A stretch of DNA of 64,000 nt from an uncultured Planctomycetaceae bacterium (GCA_963813715.1 CAWFAK010000005.1:1312001-1376000); one strand, 5' to 3'; counted from the stretch's first letter, positions 8,793 to 21,659 are shown. The notes: generated by a model not told the origin, from the sequence alone. Numbers and translations: made by a program.

Positions 8793-10308
8793 TTATTTCT
8801 GTTTCATTTCGTGCTGCGAGCCGTCGAACGAAATGATCGTCGCCTTGTCGTCCACGATCGTTTCGATATGCACGGGCCTCAGCCATAGACGCTGCAAATT
8901 TGCCAGCGTGTCTCGGGCATAGTCGAGTTTCAGCTCGATTCCCTGAAATTTGTGCCTTAAAAACAGCTCGCCGCGATTGCGGTAGTTACCGTCGACGACA
9001 TAGATGAACGGCCGTCCATGATTGGTCAGCCCGTTCAACAACTGCTGTTTGATCTGCGGAAAATCGCGGGAAATGATCTCGTAGTAGTTCGATTGCTCGT
9101 TGTACGCGAACGAGAAGAACTTGTGCTTGATACAGAACTCGGGCGTTAAGAAGGCATCGATGAACGTGACGTCGTTGTGGATTCGCCGCACGTCGAAGAT
9201 CTTGTCCCGGCCCAGCCCAACTTGCTTGTCCCATTTCTCCTTGGCGACGAGATCGTCGCACTCTTCGTACTCGGGACCGAACTGACCCTTGTTCCAGCGC
9301 TCCTCGATGTCGCGGAACAACTCGATCCCCAGCTTGTACGGATTCAGGCGATTGGCGCTCGTGGCCATCGTGCCGCTGTGGTGGTCGGCGTAATCGACGA
9401 CCTCGGCATCGGTCAGCCCGTGGCGGGTCATGATGGTCGAGTGCCAGTAACTGGCCCAGCCCTCGTTCATGATCTTGGTTTGACCCTGGGGCGCGAAGTA
9501 ATAGGCTTCGTCCCGCACGATGGCCAATACGTCGCGCTGCCAGTCTTTGAGCGGCGCGTGCTCGAGCAGGAACAACAGCACGTCGCGCATCGGCTCTTCG
9601 GGGAACGAGCGGTTGTCTTCCTTCTCCTGCTGCTTTTGCTGCCGCTCTCGCGATTGCCGCTCGATGACCTCGGGCGGATTGATGAACGAATCCATGTATC
9701 CCTTGGAGGGGAACTTCAGATCGTACTCTTCCTCTTTCTCTTGGCGCTTGTTCTTGATCCGCTGGTCGACCGGGGGAGGCGTCCGCTTGATGTGCGGCGC
9801 GTGCGGGTCGATCAGGTCCTCCAGCGACAAGCAGGCGTCGATGAACAGCTCGACATTGTCTGCCCCGTAACGATCGCAATATCGGTTGACGCGGGCGGCG
9901 TGGTTGGCCATCTCGTCGAGCATGCGGCGGTTGGTGCGGGCAAACCAGGCATTGTTTTTGAAGAAGTCACAGTGCCCGTAGACGTGGGCGATCACCAGCT
10001 TCTGGTCGCCCAGCGCATTGGCCCGTAGGAGATAGGCGTAACACGGGTCGGTGTTGATCACCATCTCGTAGATTTTCTGCAGACCGTAGGCGTAGCCCTT
10101 GGTCAGCTCGTCGTACTCGGCCCCGAAGCGCCAGTGCGGATAACGCACGGGAAACCCGCCGAAGGCGGCGAGCATGCTCATCTCTTCGTAATCGACGACC
10201 TCGAAGATGGTCGGGAAGAAGTCGAGACCGTACTTCCGCGCGCTCTTCCATCTCATCCTGCGCGGCCCGAATTTCGGGCGGCAAAACGCGAGCGGCGATT
10301 TGCGTCAT
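8793..10308 (-). CDS. spoVR: SpoVR/YcgB family protein (frameshift near 10243)
   Basis: GFPVRYPHWRFG, KIYEMVIN, AHVYGHCDFFKNN, TKIMNEGWASYWH. The N-terminus MTQIAAR is in another frame. Confidence 0.92.
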
Positions 10309-10348
10309 TGTTCATTCCTCGTCCCGGCCGCAACACCGGCGCGGCGGC

Positions 10349-11459
10349 TCACTTCCCTGTCCCCAGGAACTCCTTGATCGAATCGTAGATCGCTTCCTTG
10401 CCGTCGATCTCCGACAGGATCAAGTTCTCGAACTTGTCGACCACTTTCCGCAGCTCGCGGATGTAGTCGCCCGAGCCGTAGGGGCTTTCCACCTGCCCGT
10501 AGCAGAACAGGTTGCTGCAGGGGAGCAAATTGGCAGTGAGCGTCTTCAGGCAGCTCTCGTTGTCTTCGCCCCAGTTGTCGCCGTCCGAGAACTGAAAGCA
10601 ATAAATGTTCCAGTCAGCGGGAGGGAAATCGCGAGTGATGATCTGCCAGGCGACCTGGTAGGCCGACGAGATGCGTGTTCCGCCGCTTTCGCGCGTGCGG
10701 TAGAAGGTGTCCTCGTCGACTTCGTGGGCGGCCGCGTCGTGCACGATGTAGCGGCGCTGTACGCCGTCGTATTGCCGCTTGAGCCACGTGTCGATCCAGA
10801 AGCTTTCGATGCGGACGATCTCTTTCTGGTCGTCGGTCATCGAGCCTGACACGTCCATGATGTAGATCACGGCCGCGTTCGATTCCGGCTCGGTCACGGT
10901 CTTCCACGAACGGAACCGTTCGTCTTCCCGCATGGGAATCACGATCGGGTTGTCGTAGTTGTAGTTGTCGAGGGTGACTTGCCGCTTGAGGGCCCGCTTG
11001 AACGTGCCGCTTGAAATGCCGCAGCGAGTCGGGACCCGTCTGGCGAATCGACGTGTAGCGATCCTTGCGGCTCTCGAGCGAGTCCTTGCCTTTGGGCTCG
11101 ATCCGCGGCAGTTCGAGCGCCTCGCCCAGCATGTCGGCTAGCTCTTCCAGCGAGATTTCCACCTCGCGGATATGAGCGCCGGGCTGATCACCCGCTTGAC
11201 CCTGGCCGTCGCCGTCTTGTCCCTGGCCCTTGCCAATCGGCTGGCCGACGTCGCCTTCTCCTTGGGCAACGCCGCCGGAGCCTTTTTGCCCGTGGCGGAA
11301 GTGGGGAATGTCGATGGCCGGGACTGGAATGCTGACCAGCTCGCGACCCGTCCGACCGATCATCTCGCCGTGCGTAATGTACTTCCGCAGGTTTTCGCGA
11401 ACCTTACCGCGAAGGATCTGCTTGAAGCGGCCGAGGTCTCGATCAATGCTGCGGGTCAT
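10349..11459 (-). CDS. yeaH: YeaH/YhbH (DUF444, vWA-like) protein (frameshift near 11006)
   Basis: [11 protein letters not shown], Gly-rich linker, LELPRIEPK; second frame has [25 protein letters not shown]. Confidence 0.9.
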
Positions 11460-11466
11460 CGTTTGG

Positions 11467-11555
11467 TCCAACCTCCAAGGTCCAAAGTCCAAAGTCGGGC
11501 GAAAAGAGCCGTATCTGGCCCTGACGACCTTGGACTTTGGACATTGGACCTTGGA
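11467..11555. repeat. Inverted pair of tandem heptamer arrays (4x TCCAANN / 4x CNTTGGA)
   Basis: tccaacc-tccaagg-tccaaag-tccaaag-tcg ... cga-ccttgga-ctttgga-cattgga-ccttgga between prkA and yeaH. Confidence 0.85.
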
Positions 11556-11563
11556 CTAACTCA

Positions 11564-13615
<2,052 letters not shown>

Positions 13616-13887
13616 GGAACCACTCCTTGTGCTGCCCGAGTAAGTCTGCTGCCCGAAGTTAGAGCTTTAAAGCCCCGTTTTCCGGCAGTCGGGACCGCGC
13701 ATATTCAGGCACCTCGTCGGACCGGAATGGCTTCACGGTGCCGCGGGGCGCGGGTGTGACCATCCCTGGCCTGGTAATCAAGTTGTGAGGAAATGGGAAC
13801 TGGGCATAGACGGCTTGGGTCGGCACGACCTCAAGCCAAAGGGCCACTTCCACGCGGATGCCACATTCGGTGAGCACCCTGAATTAT

Positions 13888-13903
13888 CGCAATTCCTGTA
13901 CCC
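13888..13903 (-). promoter_or_regulatory. Candidate sigma54 (-24/-12) promoter for prkA-yeaH-spoVR
   Basis: Minus strand gGGTACAGGAATTGCg = GG-N10-GC with TTGC. Confidence 0.55.
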
Positions 13904-14221
13904 CTGGCAATATCAATGTCGGTACATGGAAGTGGGCCTTCTCGATTGTACGCCCTGAATTTCCGCGGTGTTGGAGGCCGTTGGTCGAGAGTCAACCGAT
14001 TCCTCGCAACCCGGCGCGATTAGAGCCGGTTATTCGTGCCCCTCTGCACCGCGCTGAATTCGGTCAGAGAATTCGATTAGAATCGACCTTCCAAACGAAA
14101 CGATTCCGCTCCCAGCAGACCGCGAAGATTCGGCCCCTACGACGGCGTTTAACCGCGCGTTTCACCTTCTCACCCGACTCCCCGCGGGACGGCTCCGGCG
14201 TCCCGCACAGGATCCAATCGA

Positions 14222-15379
14222 TTGTCCAATCCAGGCCCCAATTCCGACGTGATCACCGTTCCGGTTTCGCTCGGCTCGCGGAGCTACGAAATTGTGATCG
14301 CTAGCGGACGGCTGGACTCCTGGGCGACGGATCTCAATCGATGGATCGCGGCACGTCCGCAGTATTCGCGGGGCCCCGCGTCCGCCGGCAAGGCGCTGGT
14401 CGTCACGGACCACCACATCGCCGCGACCCATGCACGGGCCGCAGAGAAGAGCCTTGCTCAATCCGGCTGGACAACGGCCCGCGTCGAGCTGGAAGCCGGC
14501 GAGCCGGCGAAGACGGTGGCCTCGGCGGCACGGCTCTACGATGCGCTGGCCGAGATGCGGGCGGACCGACGCACGGTGATCGTCGCGGTCGGCGGCGGCG
14601 TCGTCGGCGATACGGCGGGCTTTGCTGCGGCCACTTATGCCCGGGGCATCCCCTTCGTCCAGGTTCCGACTACGCTGCTGGCGCAAGTTGACAGCTCGGT
14701 CGGAGGCAAGGTCGGCGTCAATCACTCGCGCGGAAAGAATTTGATCGGCGCGTTTCATCAGCCGCTCGGCGTATTAATCGACACACTGACCCTGGCGACG
14801 CTGCCGGACCGCGATTATCGCTCGGGACTGGCCGAGGTCATCAAATACGGCGTGAGTCTCGACGGCGAGTTCTTCGAGTACTTGGAAGCGCATGTTGACG
14901 GTCTCATTGGCCGCGCCCCCGACGTATTGCGGCACGTGATCGCGCGAAGCTGTCAGCTCAAGGCGGGCATCGTTGAGCAGAACGAACAAGAGTTGTCCGG
15001 CATAAGAGCCCTGCTGAACTACGGCCACACGTTCGCCCACGCCTACGAGGCGCTGCTGGGATACGGCACGCTGCTGCACGGCGAGGCCGTCGCCATCGGC
15101 ATGGTGCACGCCAGCCGGCTGGCCGAGCGGCTGGGCCGCGTGGACTCCTCGGTGACGCAACGCCAGTTGCGCCTGCTGCAAGCGGTCCAGCTGCCCACGG
15201 CAACCCCCGGTCCGGTCGACGTGGCGGCCACGCTCGATCGCATGCGGCTCGACAAAAAGACGGTCGGCGGCAAACTGCGATTCGTCCTGCCAACCAAGAT
15301 CGGACACGTGGAACTGGTCGATTCCGTTCCTGAGGCGGCTGTGCGCTCTTTACTCGCCGATCTCTCAAGCCCGCAATAA
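14222..15379 (+). CDS. aroB: 3-dehydroquinate synthase
   Basis: GGGVVGD, YARGI, PTTLLAQVDSSVGGK, KNLIGAFHQP, LNYGHTFAH, LHGEAV. Start may be GTG 14249. Confidence 0.96.
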   Translation: MSNPGPNSDVITVPVSLGSRSYEIVIASGRLDSWATDLNRWIAARPQYSRGPASAGKALVVTDHHIAATHARAAEKSLAQSGWTTARVELEAGEPAKTVASAARLYDALAEMRADRRTVIVAVGGGVVGDTAGFAAATYARGIPFVQVPTTLLAQVDSSVGGKVGVNHSRGKNLIGAFHQPLGVLIDTLTLATLPDRDYRSGLAEVIKYGVSLDGEFFEYLEAHVDGLIGRAPDVLRHVIARSCQLKAGIVEQNEQELSGIRALLNYGHTFAHAYEALLGYGTLLHGEAVAIGMVHASRLAERLGRVDSSVTQRQLRLLQAVQLPTATPGPVDVAATLDRMRLDKKTVGGKLRFVLPTKIGHVELVDSVPEAAVRSLLADLSSPQ

Positions 15380-15391
15380 GCCGAGGGCCGT

Positions 15392-16551
15392 ATGTCGGAT
15401 TCGCCTTCGGTCGGTCTTTTCGCTAAGGATCGCGAACCCGACGACGCCGACCTGGTCGATGCCGTGCAGGCTCAATCTCGTTCCGGGAATCGGCCCGCGA
15501 CTACAGCAATCGCTCGAGGCCGCCTTCGGTGCGCCGCCCGCCATCCTCGCCGCGAGCCTCAGCGAGCTACAGCAAGTCGACGGGATCGGACCGAAGCTCG
15601 CCGCCGCCATTGTCGAACATCGTAATCCCGAGCCGGCGCTCCGCGAGATCGAGCGATGCCGCGCAGGCCAACGTTCGCCTCCTGCGAAAGGGCACACCCG
15701 ACTATCCCCGCATGCTCGCCCAGATCTGCGATCCGCCGAGCGTCCTTTATTGTCGGGGAACGCTGGAGCCGCGGGACGAGGTGGCTGTCGCCATCGTCGG
15801 CTCGCGTCGCTGCTCCGTTTACGGTCGCCAGCAGGCCGAGCGATTTGCTAGCGCGCTCGCGCGAGCTGGAGCGACGGTGATCAGCGGGCTGGCCCGCGGC
15901 ATCGACGCGGCCGCCCACCGCGGTGCCTTGGAAGCGGGCGGACGGACCATCGCCGTTGCCGCCACCGGTCTGGCGCAGGTCTATCCGCCTGAGCACAAAG
16001 AGCTCGCCGCCGAAATTGCCGAGCACGGGGGTGTGGTCTCGGAATCATGCCTCGACCAAGAACCAATCGCCGGCTTGTTTCCACAGCGCAACCGGATCAT
16101 TAGCGGCATGTCGCTGGGCGTAATCATCATCGAGGCGACCCGCACGAGCGGCGCGCTGCACACGGCCCGTCACGCGCTGGAACAGGGACGGGAGGTCTTC
16201 GCCGTCCCGGGACGGATTGACAGCCTGACCAGCGAAGGCTGCCACGATCTCATCCGCGACGGAGTGCCGCTCGTGCGCGGGGTCGACGACGTTCTGGAAG
16301 CGCTCGGCCCGCTCCTCTCGCCTGTCGAACGCAGCCCGACGGAGACCGTCCATTCGCCGCGGGAGCTGAGCCTGAGTCAGCAAGAGCGGACGATCCTCAA
16401 CCTGGTGACGGTCGAGCAGCGATTGATCGACGAAGTGGTCCGCGATTCGGGCCTGGAATCCTCGCGCGTGCTGGCTACTCTCACCGTGCTGGAGATGAAA
16501 CGGATGCTCCGGCGGTTGCCGGGAGGCTATGTCATCCGCACCGGCTATTAG
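15392..16551 (+). CDS. dprA: DNA-processing protein DprA (frameshifts near 15465 and 15662)
   Basis: VPGIGPR and HhH motif in one frame; DPPSVLY.RG, AIVGSR, SGLARGIDAAAH, FPQRNRIISG, SGALHTA in the next. Confidence 0.92.
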
Positions 16552-16582
16552 GCTCGCCTCGACCACGACTCCAATGACGCGG

Positions 16583-17824
16583 CTACCGTCGCGCCTGTGC
16601 TTCGTTTTGACGCACCGCGAAGACGTAAAACGGCGACGTGGTGTGCGGCTTGAAGTCGTTGTCGACGCAGATCCACAGCAGCCGGCGACCGTCGGCCAAC
16701 TTGGGTCCCCAAGCCAGGCCTTCCTCCTTCTCCGGAAAGTGCGGGCTGGCAAGGCCGTAGCGTGCATCGAGCAAGTCGATGTAGGTCGACTTCTGCACTG
16801 GCCTCACTTTCTTGGGCAACTTCTTCGGCGGCAGGGACTCAATGCCGCTGACGTCGCTGGCGCCGGCGATATCGATCTTCATGATCTTCTTGAAGGCCGC
16901 ATTTTGTCCGATCTGATTGTCCCGCTCGATCACCAGAAAACGATGGTCGTCGACGGCGAGCATCTCGGACGTCTTCACCCCCTCTTGCTCGAGCGGGTAG
17001 ACGTATTCGCGAGTTTTACCACCGACGATTTCGATTTCGAGCAGGCGGCAGTTGAGACCCTTCGCCTTGCCCTTTTGCGTCCGCTTGGAATCCTGCAAGA
17101 GGGGCAACTGAATCAGCGCAAACAGTTTTTTGCCGTCCGGGCTGATGGCCAGGCTCTCGAAACCCGCGTTCGAGACCCGCCCGGTTTGGTTGTTCTGAAC
17201 TTCTTCTTCCTTCGTCGCGCCCGGGTGGGCAATCGAAAAGCGGGCCGGCACATCGAGCGCCCGCAGCTGATGGCCGGACGAATCAAACTCGTAGATGTAT
17301 GGCCCATATTCATCGGAGATGAAGACCGAGCCATTCGGGCCTAGGCGCAGACTCTCCGGATCGAAACGGTGGTTGCCGTCGGGTCCGCGCGGATCGAAGG
17401 CGGTTGAGATGCCGATCAGCGGCTTGCCGTCGATCGCGGTGAGCATCGTTGTGCCGACCACGCGGGCGGAGCCCGTGCCGTGCGGAACGGCAGGCGGCTT
17501 GAGCTCGATCATCTGCCAGCGGCACAGGTAAGGTGCGCTGCCGTCGCCCGGCCCGCGGTCGGGGAGGGCGTAATACAGATCGTCGTGCCCCGAGTACTCG
17601 AGTGCCGACAGCCCGCCGAGTTGATTGTGCGGGATGTTGCCCGGAAGAATGTCGGTCAGGCCCGACTTATCAACAGTGCCGGCCGGCAACGCGGCAGTGC
17701 CCAGAAATTCGATCTCGTCTTCCGCCCGCGCAACCGCCGGAGAGACGCAGGCCGACGCCAGCAGGAAAGCCGCGGCGAGGAATTCAGGGAGGCGCCGGAA
17801 ACGGTTGAGGCAATGTTTGCTCAT
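16583..17824 (-). CDS. Esterase-like activity of phytase family protein (secreted)
   Basis: Signal peptide; GGLSAL, DRGP, DPES, SDEYGP, NAGFES, IERD, EKEEG, DNDF motifs. Confidence 0.88.
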   Translation of the reverse strand: MSKHCLNRFRRLPEFLAAAFLLASACVSPAVARAEDEIEFLGTAALPAGTVDKSGLTDILPGNIPHNQLGGLSALEYSGHDDLYYALPDRGPGDGSAPYLCRWQMIELKPPAVPHGTGSARVVGTTMLTAIDGKPLIGISTAFDPRGPDGNHRFDPESLRLGPNGSVFISDEYGPYIYEFDSSGHQLRALDVPARFSIAHPGATKEEEVQNNQTGRVSNAGFESLAISPDGKKLFALIQLPLLQDSKRTQKGKAKGLNCRLLEIEIVGGKTREYVYPLEQEGVKTSEMLAVDDHRFLVIERDNQIGQNAAFKKIMKIDIAGASDVSGIESLPPKKLPKKVRPVQKSTYIDLLDARYGLASPHFPEKEEGLAWGPKLADGRRLLWICVDNDFKPHTTSPFYVFAVRQNEAQARR

Positions 17825-17835
17825 AAGAAGGGCCT

Positions 17836-17872
17836 AAAAAGATACGCGCCGGTCGCAGCGACGACCGGCGCG
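17836..17872 (-). terminator. Intrinsic terminator-like hairpin after the DUF1559 gene
   Basis: cgcgccggtcg-N6-cgaccggcgcg perfect 11-bp stem followed on the minus strand by tatcttttt. Confidence 0.55.
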
Positions 17873-18012
17873 CCAAAGTTCGCGGCATAAATGGCTTGGA
17901 AAGGATAGCAGATGGCGGCTGGCGCCACGCCCCGGCGAAATCCAATAGTTACACGAGAGGCGTCGTCGACCAGGCGGGAAAAACCGCCTGATCGACTGGC
18001 CGCCAAAACACG

Positions 18013-19165
18013 CTATTCGGCACCAAAGATGGTCTGGTTCCCGTCCCGAGCGGTGACGAGGTTAGCGACGATGCTGTTATCGAGATTCTCGCTCACGAAC
18101 CGGACCGATCCGTCGCACATCGCGAACGGGCAGCTTCCAGGATGGAAGCAGAAGATCTCGTTCTTGTTGTTGCAGTTAATGGCGCACTGCCCGCTCTCAT
18201 TGAGCAGAGCGGGATAGGCATACCCGTCGACTTTCCAGCAGGGCGTTTCAGGCGCCGTCCAGGCAACGGCATCCAGGTGCATCGAAAAGCCGCCCGGTCC
18301 CGGGATGAACGACGAAGTGACGTTGTCGGTCTGTTCGACCGAGTACAGAATCTTGCCGCCCTTATTCCAGTGCCACGGCTTTCCTGCGCATTCCGTGTAC
18401 ATGACCGTGTTGGTAAGACCGTCAGTGATATTTTGGAGCCGGCAAATGCCCCCGTTGATCGCCGAATCCGCGACCGGGTCATACCCAGTCGCAAGGGCGG
18501 CGCCCGTGTCGCCGGGCTTTGTCAGGCCGTTGACCTGGTAGAAGAGGTCATCAACCGACGAGCAAGGAGTAGCGTAATCCATCGTCGGAATGCCTGCCTT
18601 CAGCGTGTTCATGGGAACCGCCGGCTCGGGGTGGATGCAGAACCACACGTCGAAGCGCGTATTGTTGTCCGGAGCCGAAGGGCACGAGCAGCATCGGAAT
18701 CGGATTTTCGATGGCGAACGTAACATTTGCCGGATGGCACCAAGGCAGGTTCGGGATTATAGCCCTTGCTGTAGTTGCCCTGCTCAACATAAGGCAGCGT
18801 GCTGAGGAAGCAGTTCGCCCAGCCGTCGGAGCACTTATCCGCGGGCGTTCCGTAACCAGCCGGGGGTTCTTTGCCCCAAGTCAGGCCGTTCGCGTTCGCG
18901 TCGACTTTCCCTTTGGTTCCCTTACAACCGGAACCGCCCCAAGCGCCGTTGGCAAGCATCTTCCCAGGGGCGAACCCATGGTTCACGTCGGCGTAGTTAT
19001 GCTGCGCCAAGGTCCACTGCTTGAGATTGTTGCGACACTGCGAGCGCCGCGCCGCTTCGCGCGCGACTGGACCGCCGGAAGCAGCAGAGCAATGAGCGTC
19101 GAGATGATGGCGATCACCACCAGCAACTCGATGAGTGTGAAAGCACGTTTGACCCGTAACGACAT
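18013..19165 (-). CDS. DUF1559 prepilin-type N-terminal cleavage / H-X9-DG protein (three frameshifts near 19063, 18752, 18686)
   Basis: [14 protein letters not shown]...LLPAVQ / [16 protein letters not shown] / CPS...ITDGLTNT..E...[17 protein letters not shown]. Confidence 0.92.
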
Positions 19166-19268
19166 CGACTTTCCCCTTAGAAAATTCCCTTGAGTGCGAA
19201 AACAACTACGTGTTACCAAGGCCACCCGCGAGCGGGTGAGCGCGACTGTCAAGGACGCAAGGTCCGAA

Positions 19269-19790
19269 TTACTCCGATTCCGACGGCGCGGCCTCCTTCG
19301 GCGCAGCCTCATTGAGCGCCTGTTGCTCCTCCGGCGTCAGTTTGATTTCCAAAGCCGCGAGATCATTGTCCCCCTCCTGAATCTCCGCCTTCAGCACGCT
19401 GCCCCGAGGATTCCGGTAATTCCGCGGCAGCAACTCCGGCTCTTCGTTCGTCCGCCCGTTTTGATGCGTCCCTCGATACGAGACAGTGACGCGATACTTT
19501 CCCGCGGGCGCGCCATCGTTGTCACCGTATGTGGTGAGCGAGAATGCACCATCTTCGTTCGTGCGGCCTCGCGGCAGGAACTGCGACGCCTCTTTGGGAA
19601 ACGGAGTCGTCGGGTGAAAGACAAGGTTGGCATGGACGAGCGGCTTGCCGTCCAGCAGCAACGTCCCCTTAGCCGGAAAAACGGGGAGCTTTCCCTGGAT
19701 TTCAGGAATTTTCGACTGTCCGCAGGAGGACGCGAGGAAAATGAAAGATAAGCCCACCCCAACGGCAATCGATCGCGGCATACGAAGCAT
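19269..19790 (-). CDS. Lipoprotein of the carboxypeptidase-regulatory-like type, a usual DUF1559 partner
   Basis: Lipobox LASSC; KG.LLLDGKPL, GRTNEDGAFSLTTY..DGAPAGKYRVTV, LPRNY. Confidence 0.85.
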   Translation of the reverse strand: MLRMPRSIAVGVGLSFIFLASSCGQSKIPEIQGKLPVFPAKGTLLLDGKPLVHANLVFHPTTPFPKEASQFLPRGRTNEDGAFSLTTYGDNDGAPAGKYRVTVSYRGTHQNGRTNEEPELLPRNYRNPRGSVLKAEIQEGDNDLAALEIKLTPEEQQALNEAAPKEAAPSESE

Positions 19791-20486
19791 TTGCCCGGTC
19801 ACCTTTCTGCTCTCCGTTTCACACGCTTGGCTCAGCGCCAAACGCTGCTCCAGCGATTCCTAGAGACCCAGCGTCTAACACTTCCCGACATAATTCGGCC
19901 CGATCGTTTGGCCGGTCTTTGGCCAGACAATTCAGGCGAGGCACGACAGCAGAGTGAGGGACTCACGGGATTGCGGAGGCGGCGCCAAAAACACCGAGGC
20001 ACAGCCGCTTCGACTTACCGCAAGAAGAGGCAAAAGCCAGGCAACAACAGGCAACGGCGTGACAAAGCCGCGCCGGCCGATTGATCCTCGTCCGTAATCT
20101 CGTGTCACTGAAAAAGGTCTCCGTCCAACTCTGCTGGGGCGAATCAACTCTGCCGGGACGAACGGCGCACTCGACCTTGGTCGAGCGTGCACGCGGTACG
20201 TCTGTGACAGGTGGACTTTGAGTCTGAAGCCTAACTGAAGTGAAAGACCCTAGCGGTGAATCGTGTGGTTCTTGTGATGTCCGAGTGTAGAATCTGTTAA
20301 TGTCCGCATTGACGAGCAGCATGGCCGACGCGGCAAATAGACGCTGCGTCGTAAGGCATTTGTCAGAAATCGGTTACGTCCGATCAGGCCTGGCCAGCTG
20401 CGAACGTTAATTCCCGTTTAACATGCCGTACGCGAGCGCCAATCGGCGGCTCTTTACACGAATCGTGAAGGCCGTCTCGCCAGACG

Positions 20487-21287
20487 CTAGGCCGAAAAAC
20501 GCAGACCGCGCAGGTCGGCGATGGCCGACTCAAAGGCTTCGTCGCGGACGTCTGCCGACGACTCTTCCGCTCGCTCGAGCGAGAGCTTGGCCAAGCGTTC
20601 GAGCGCGTCCGGGATGCCTTGAGCCGCGGCGAAGATAGCAGCCGCCGACGCGTCGAATGTTCCCGTCGGACGGCCGGAGAACTCGAGCAGCGATTGAAGA
20701 AATGCGCGGCTCTCGAGCTCGTTCAACGGATTCAGCTCGACCCTCAGATCGTCGCGCTCACGCCATTCGCGCGGCACTGTGGGAAAGAGACGTCCGGAAA
20801 ACGAAAGAACCCAGGTCTCACCCTGATGCACGTTGCCGCGCGTCGCCAGTCGTCGCACCAGGTGCCGACAATCGTTTGTCGCGCGGTCGAGATGATCGAC
20901 GACGAGAACACAGCCTTGCCCGGCCAGCGCGCGGCCGACGAGCGCGTCGGTGACTTCCGTCCAGAGGGCGACAGGGCGCCGATGCGCTTGTGACGTGACT
21001 CCCAAACGTTGTGCCAGCCGCTCGAGCAATTGGAGGCTGTCCAAGCCGGTCACGTCGATGGCCACCGCTTCCAGACCGGCGCGGCGGCACTCGGCGACAA
21101 AGACGGCGAGAACCGTCGATTTGCCCGTGCCGCTGGGCCCAGCGACGACCGCACAGCGGCACTCGCTCTCGACCAGGTGCTCAAGCCGAAACAGCGCCTC
21201 TGTGTGAGTCGCCCCCGCAAAGAAATGTGAGGCGACCGCAGCCCCGAGGGTTTGCGCAGTCTCCGATGCTTCGCGCGCGATCGACAC
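20487..21287 (-). CDS. ExeA-like AAA family ATPase
   Basis: FFAGATHTEALFRL, Walker A GPSGTGKS, VLVVD, GIP..L..L. Confidence 0.75.
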   Translation of the reverse strand: MSIAREASETAQTLGAAVASHFFAGATHTEALFRLEHLVESECRCAVVAGPSGTGKSTVLAVFVAECRRAGLEAVAIDVTGLDSLQLLERLAQRLGVTSQAHRRPVALWTEVTDALVGRALAGQGCVLVVDHLDRATNDCRHLVRRLATRGNVHQGETWVLSFSGRLFPTVPREWRERDDLRVELNPLNELESRAFLQSLLEFSGRPTGTFDASAAAIFAAAQGIPDALERLAKLSLERAEESSADVRDEAFESAIADLRGLRFSA

Positions 21288-21536
21288 CGAGGGCCTCCTT
21301 GCCGGTTCGGGAATCGTCTGTTATCAGGTAAGATCGGCAGTCAGGAGGCCGGGAAATAAGCCTGCCCCTCGCGACAAAGCCGCGAGTTACGCGGCACGTT
21401 CGGCAACCGATGCCCGAATCTTCGCCCCCGTCCCGAGCGCCGCACGTCTTTCTGACTGCTGATGATTCCCCATCGCGAAGATCGTTCACACGGTCCGCCG
21501 GGCAGTCCGTCGCAGTCGCGACCGTAGCTCAAGCAG

Positions 21537-21659
21537 CGGAAAGCGTGGCGGCTCGGAACCGCGTTTATGCTGTTTCTTTGCAGCCTGTTCGCCAAACCGG
21601 CTTTGGTGACGCTTCCCTTCGTGCTGTTGTTACTGGACTATTGACCGCTAAACCGCCTC
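21537..21659 (+). pseudogene. Remnant of a membrane (GT-C/TMTC-like, TPR-associated) protein gene with an in-frame TGA
   Basis: Translates RKAWRLGTAFMLFLCSLFAKPALVTLPFVLLLLDY*PLNRL, matching the motif KPxxVTLPFVLLLLDYWPL as I recall it. Confidence 0.6.

Noticed and set aside
11467..11555. CRISPR array
   Set aside because: Units are 7 nt, tandem and inverted, with no spacers or cas genes.
15455..15670. Programmed frameshifting or phase variation in dprA
   Set aside because: No slippery heptamer or long simple repeat, and the same indel pattern affects many unrelated genes.
21642..21644. TGA recoding (Trp or Sec)
   Set aside because: TGA is an ordinary stop in many genes here, and the rest of the parent gene is absent.
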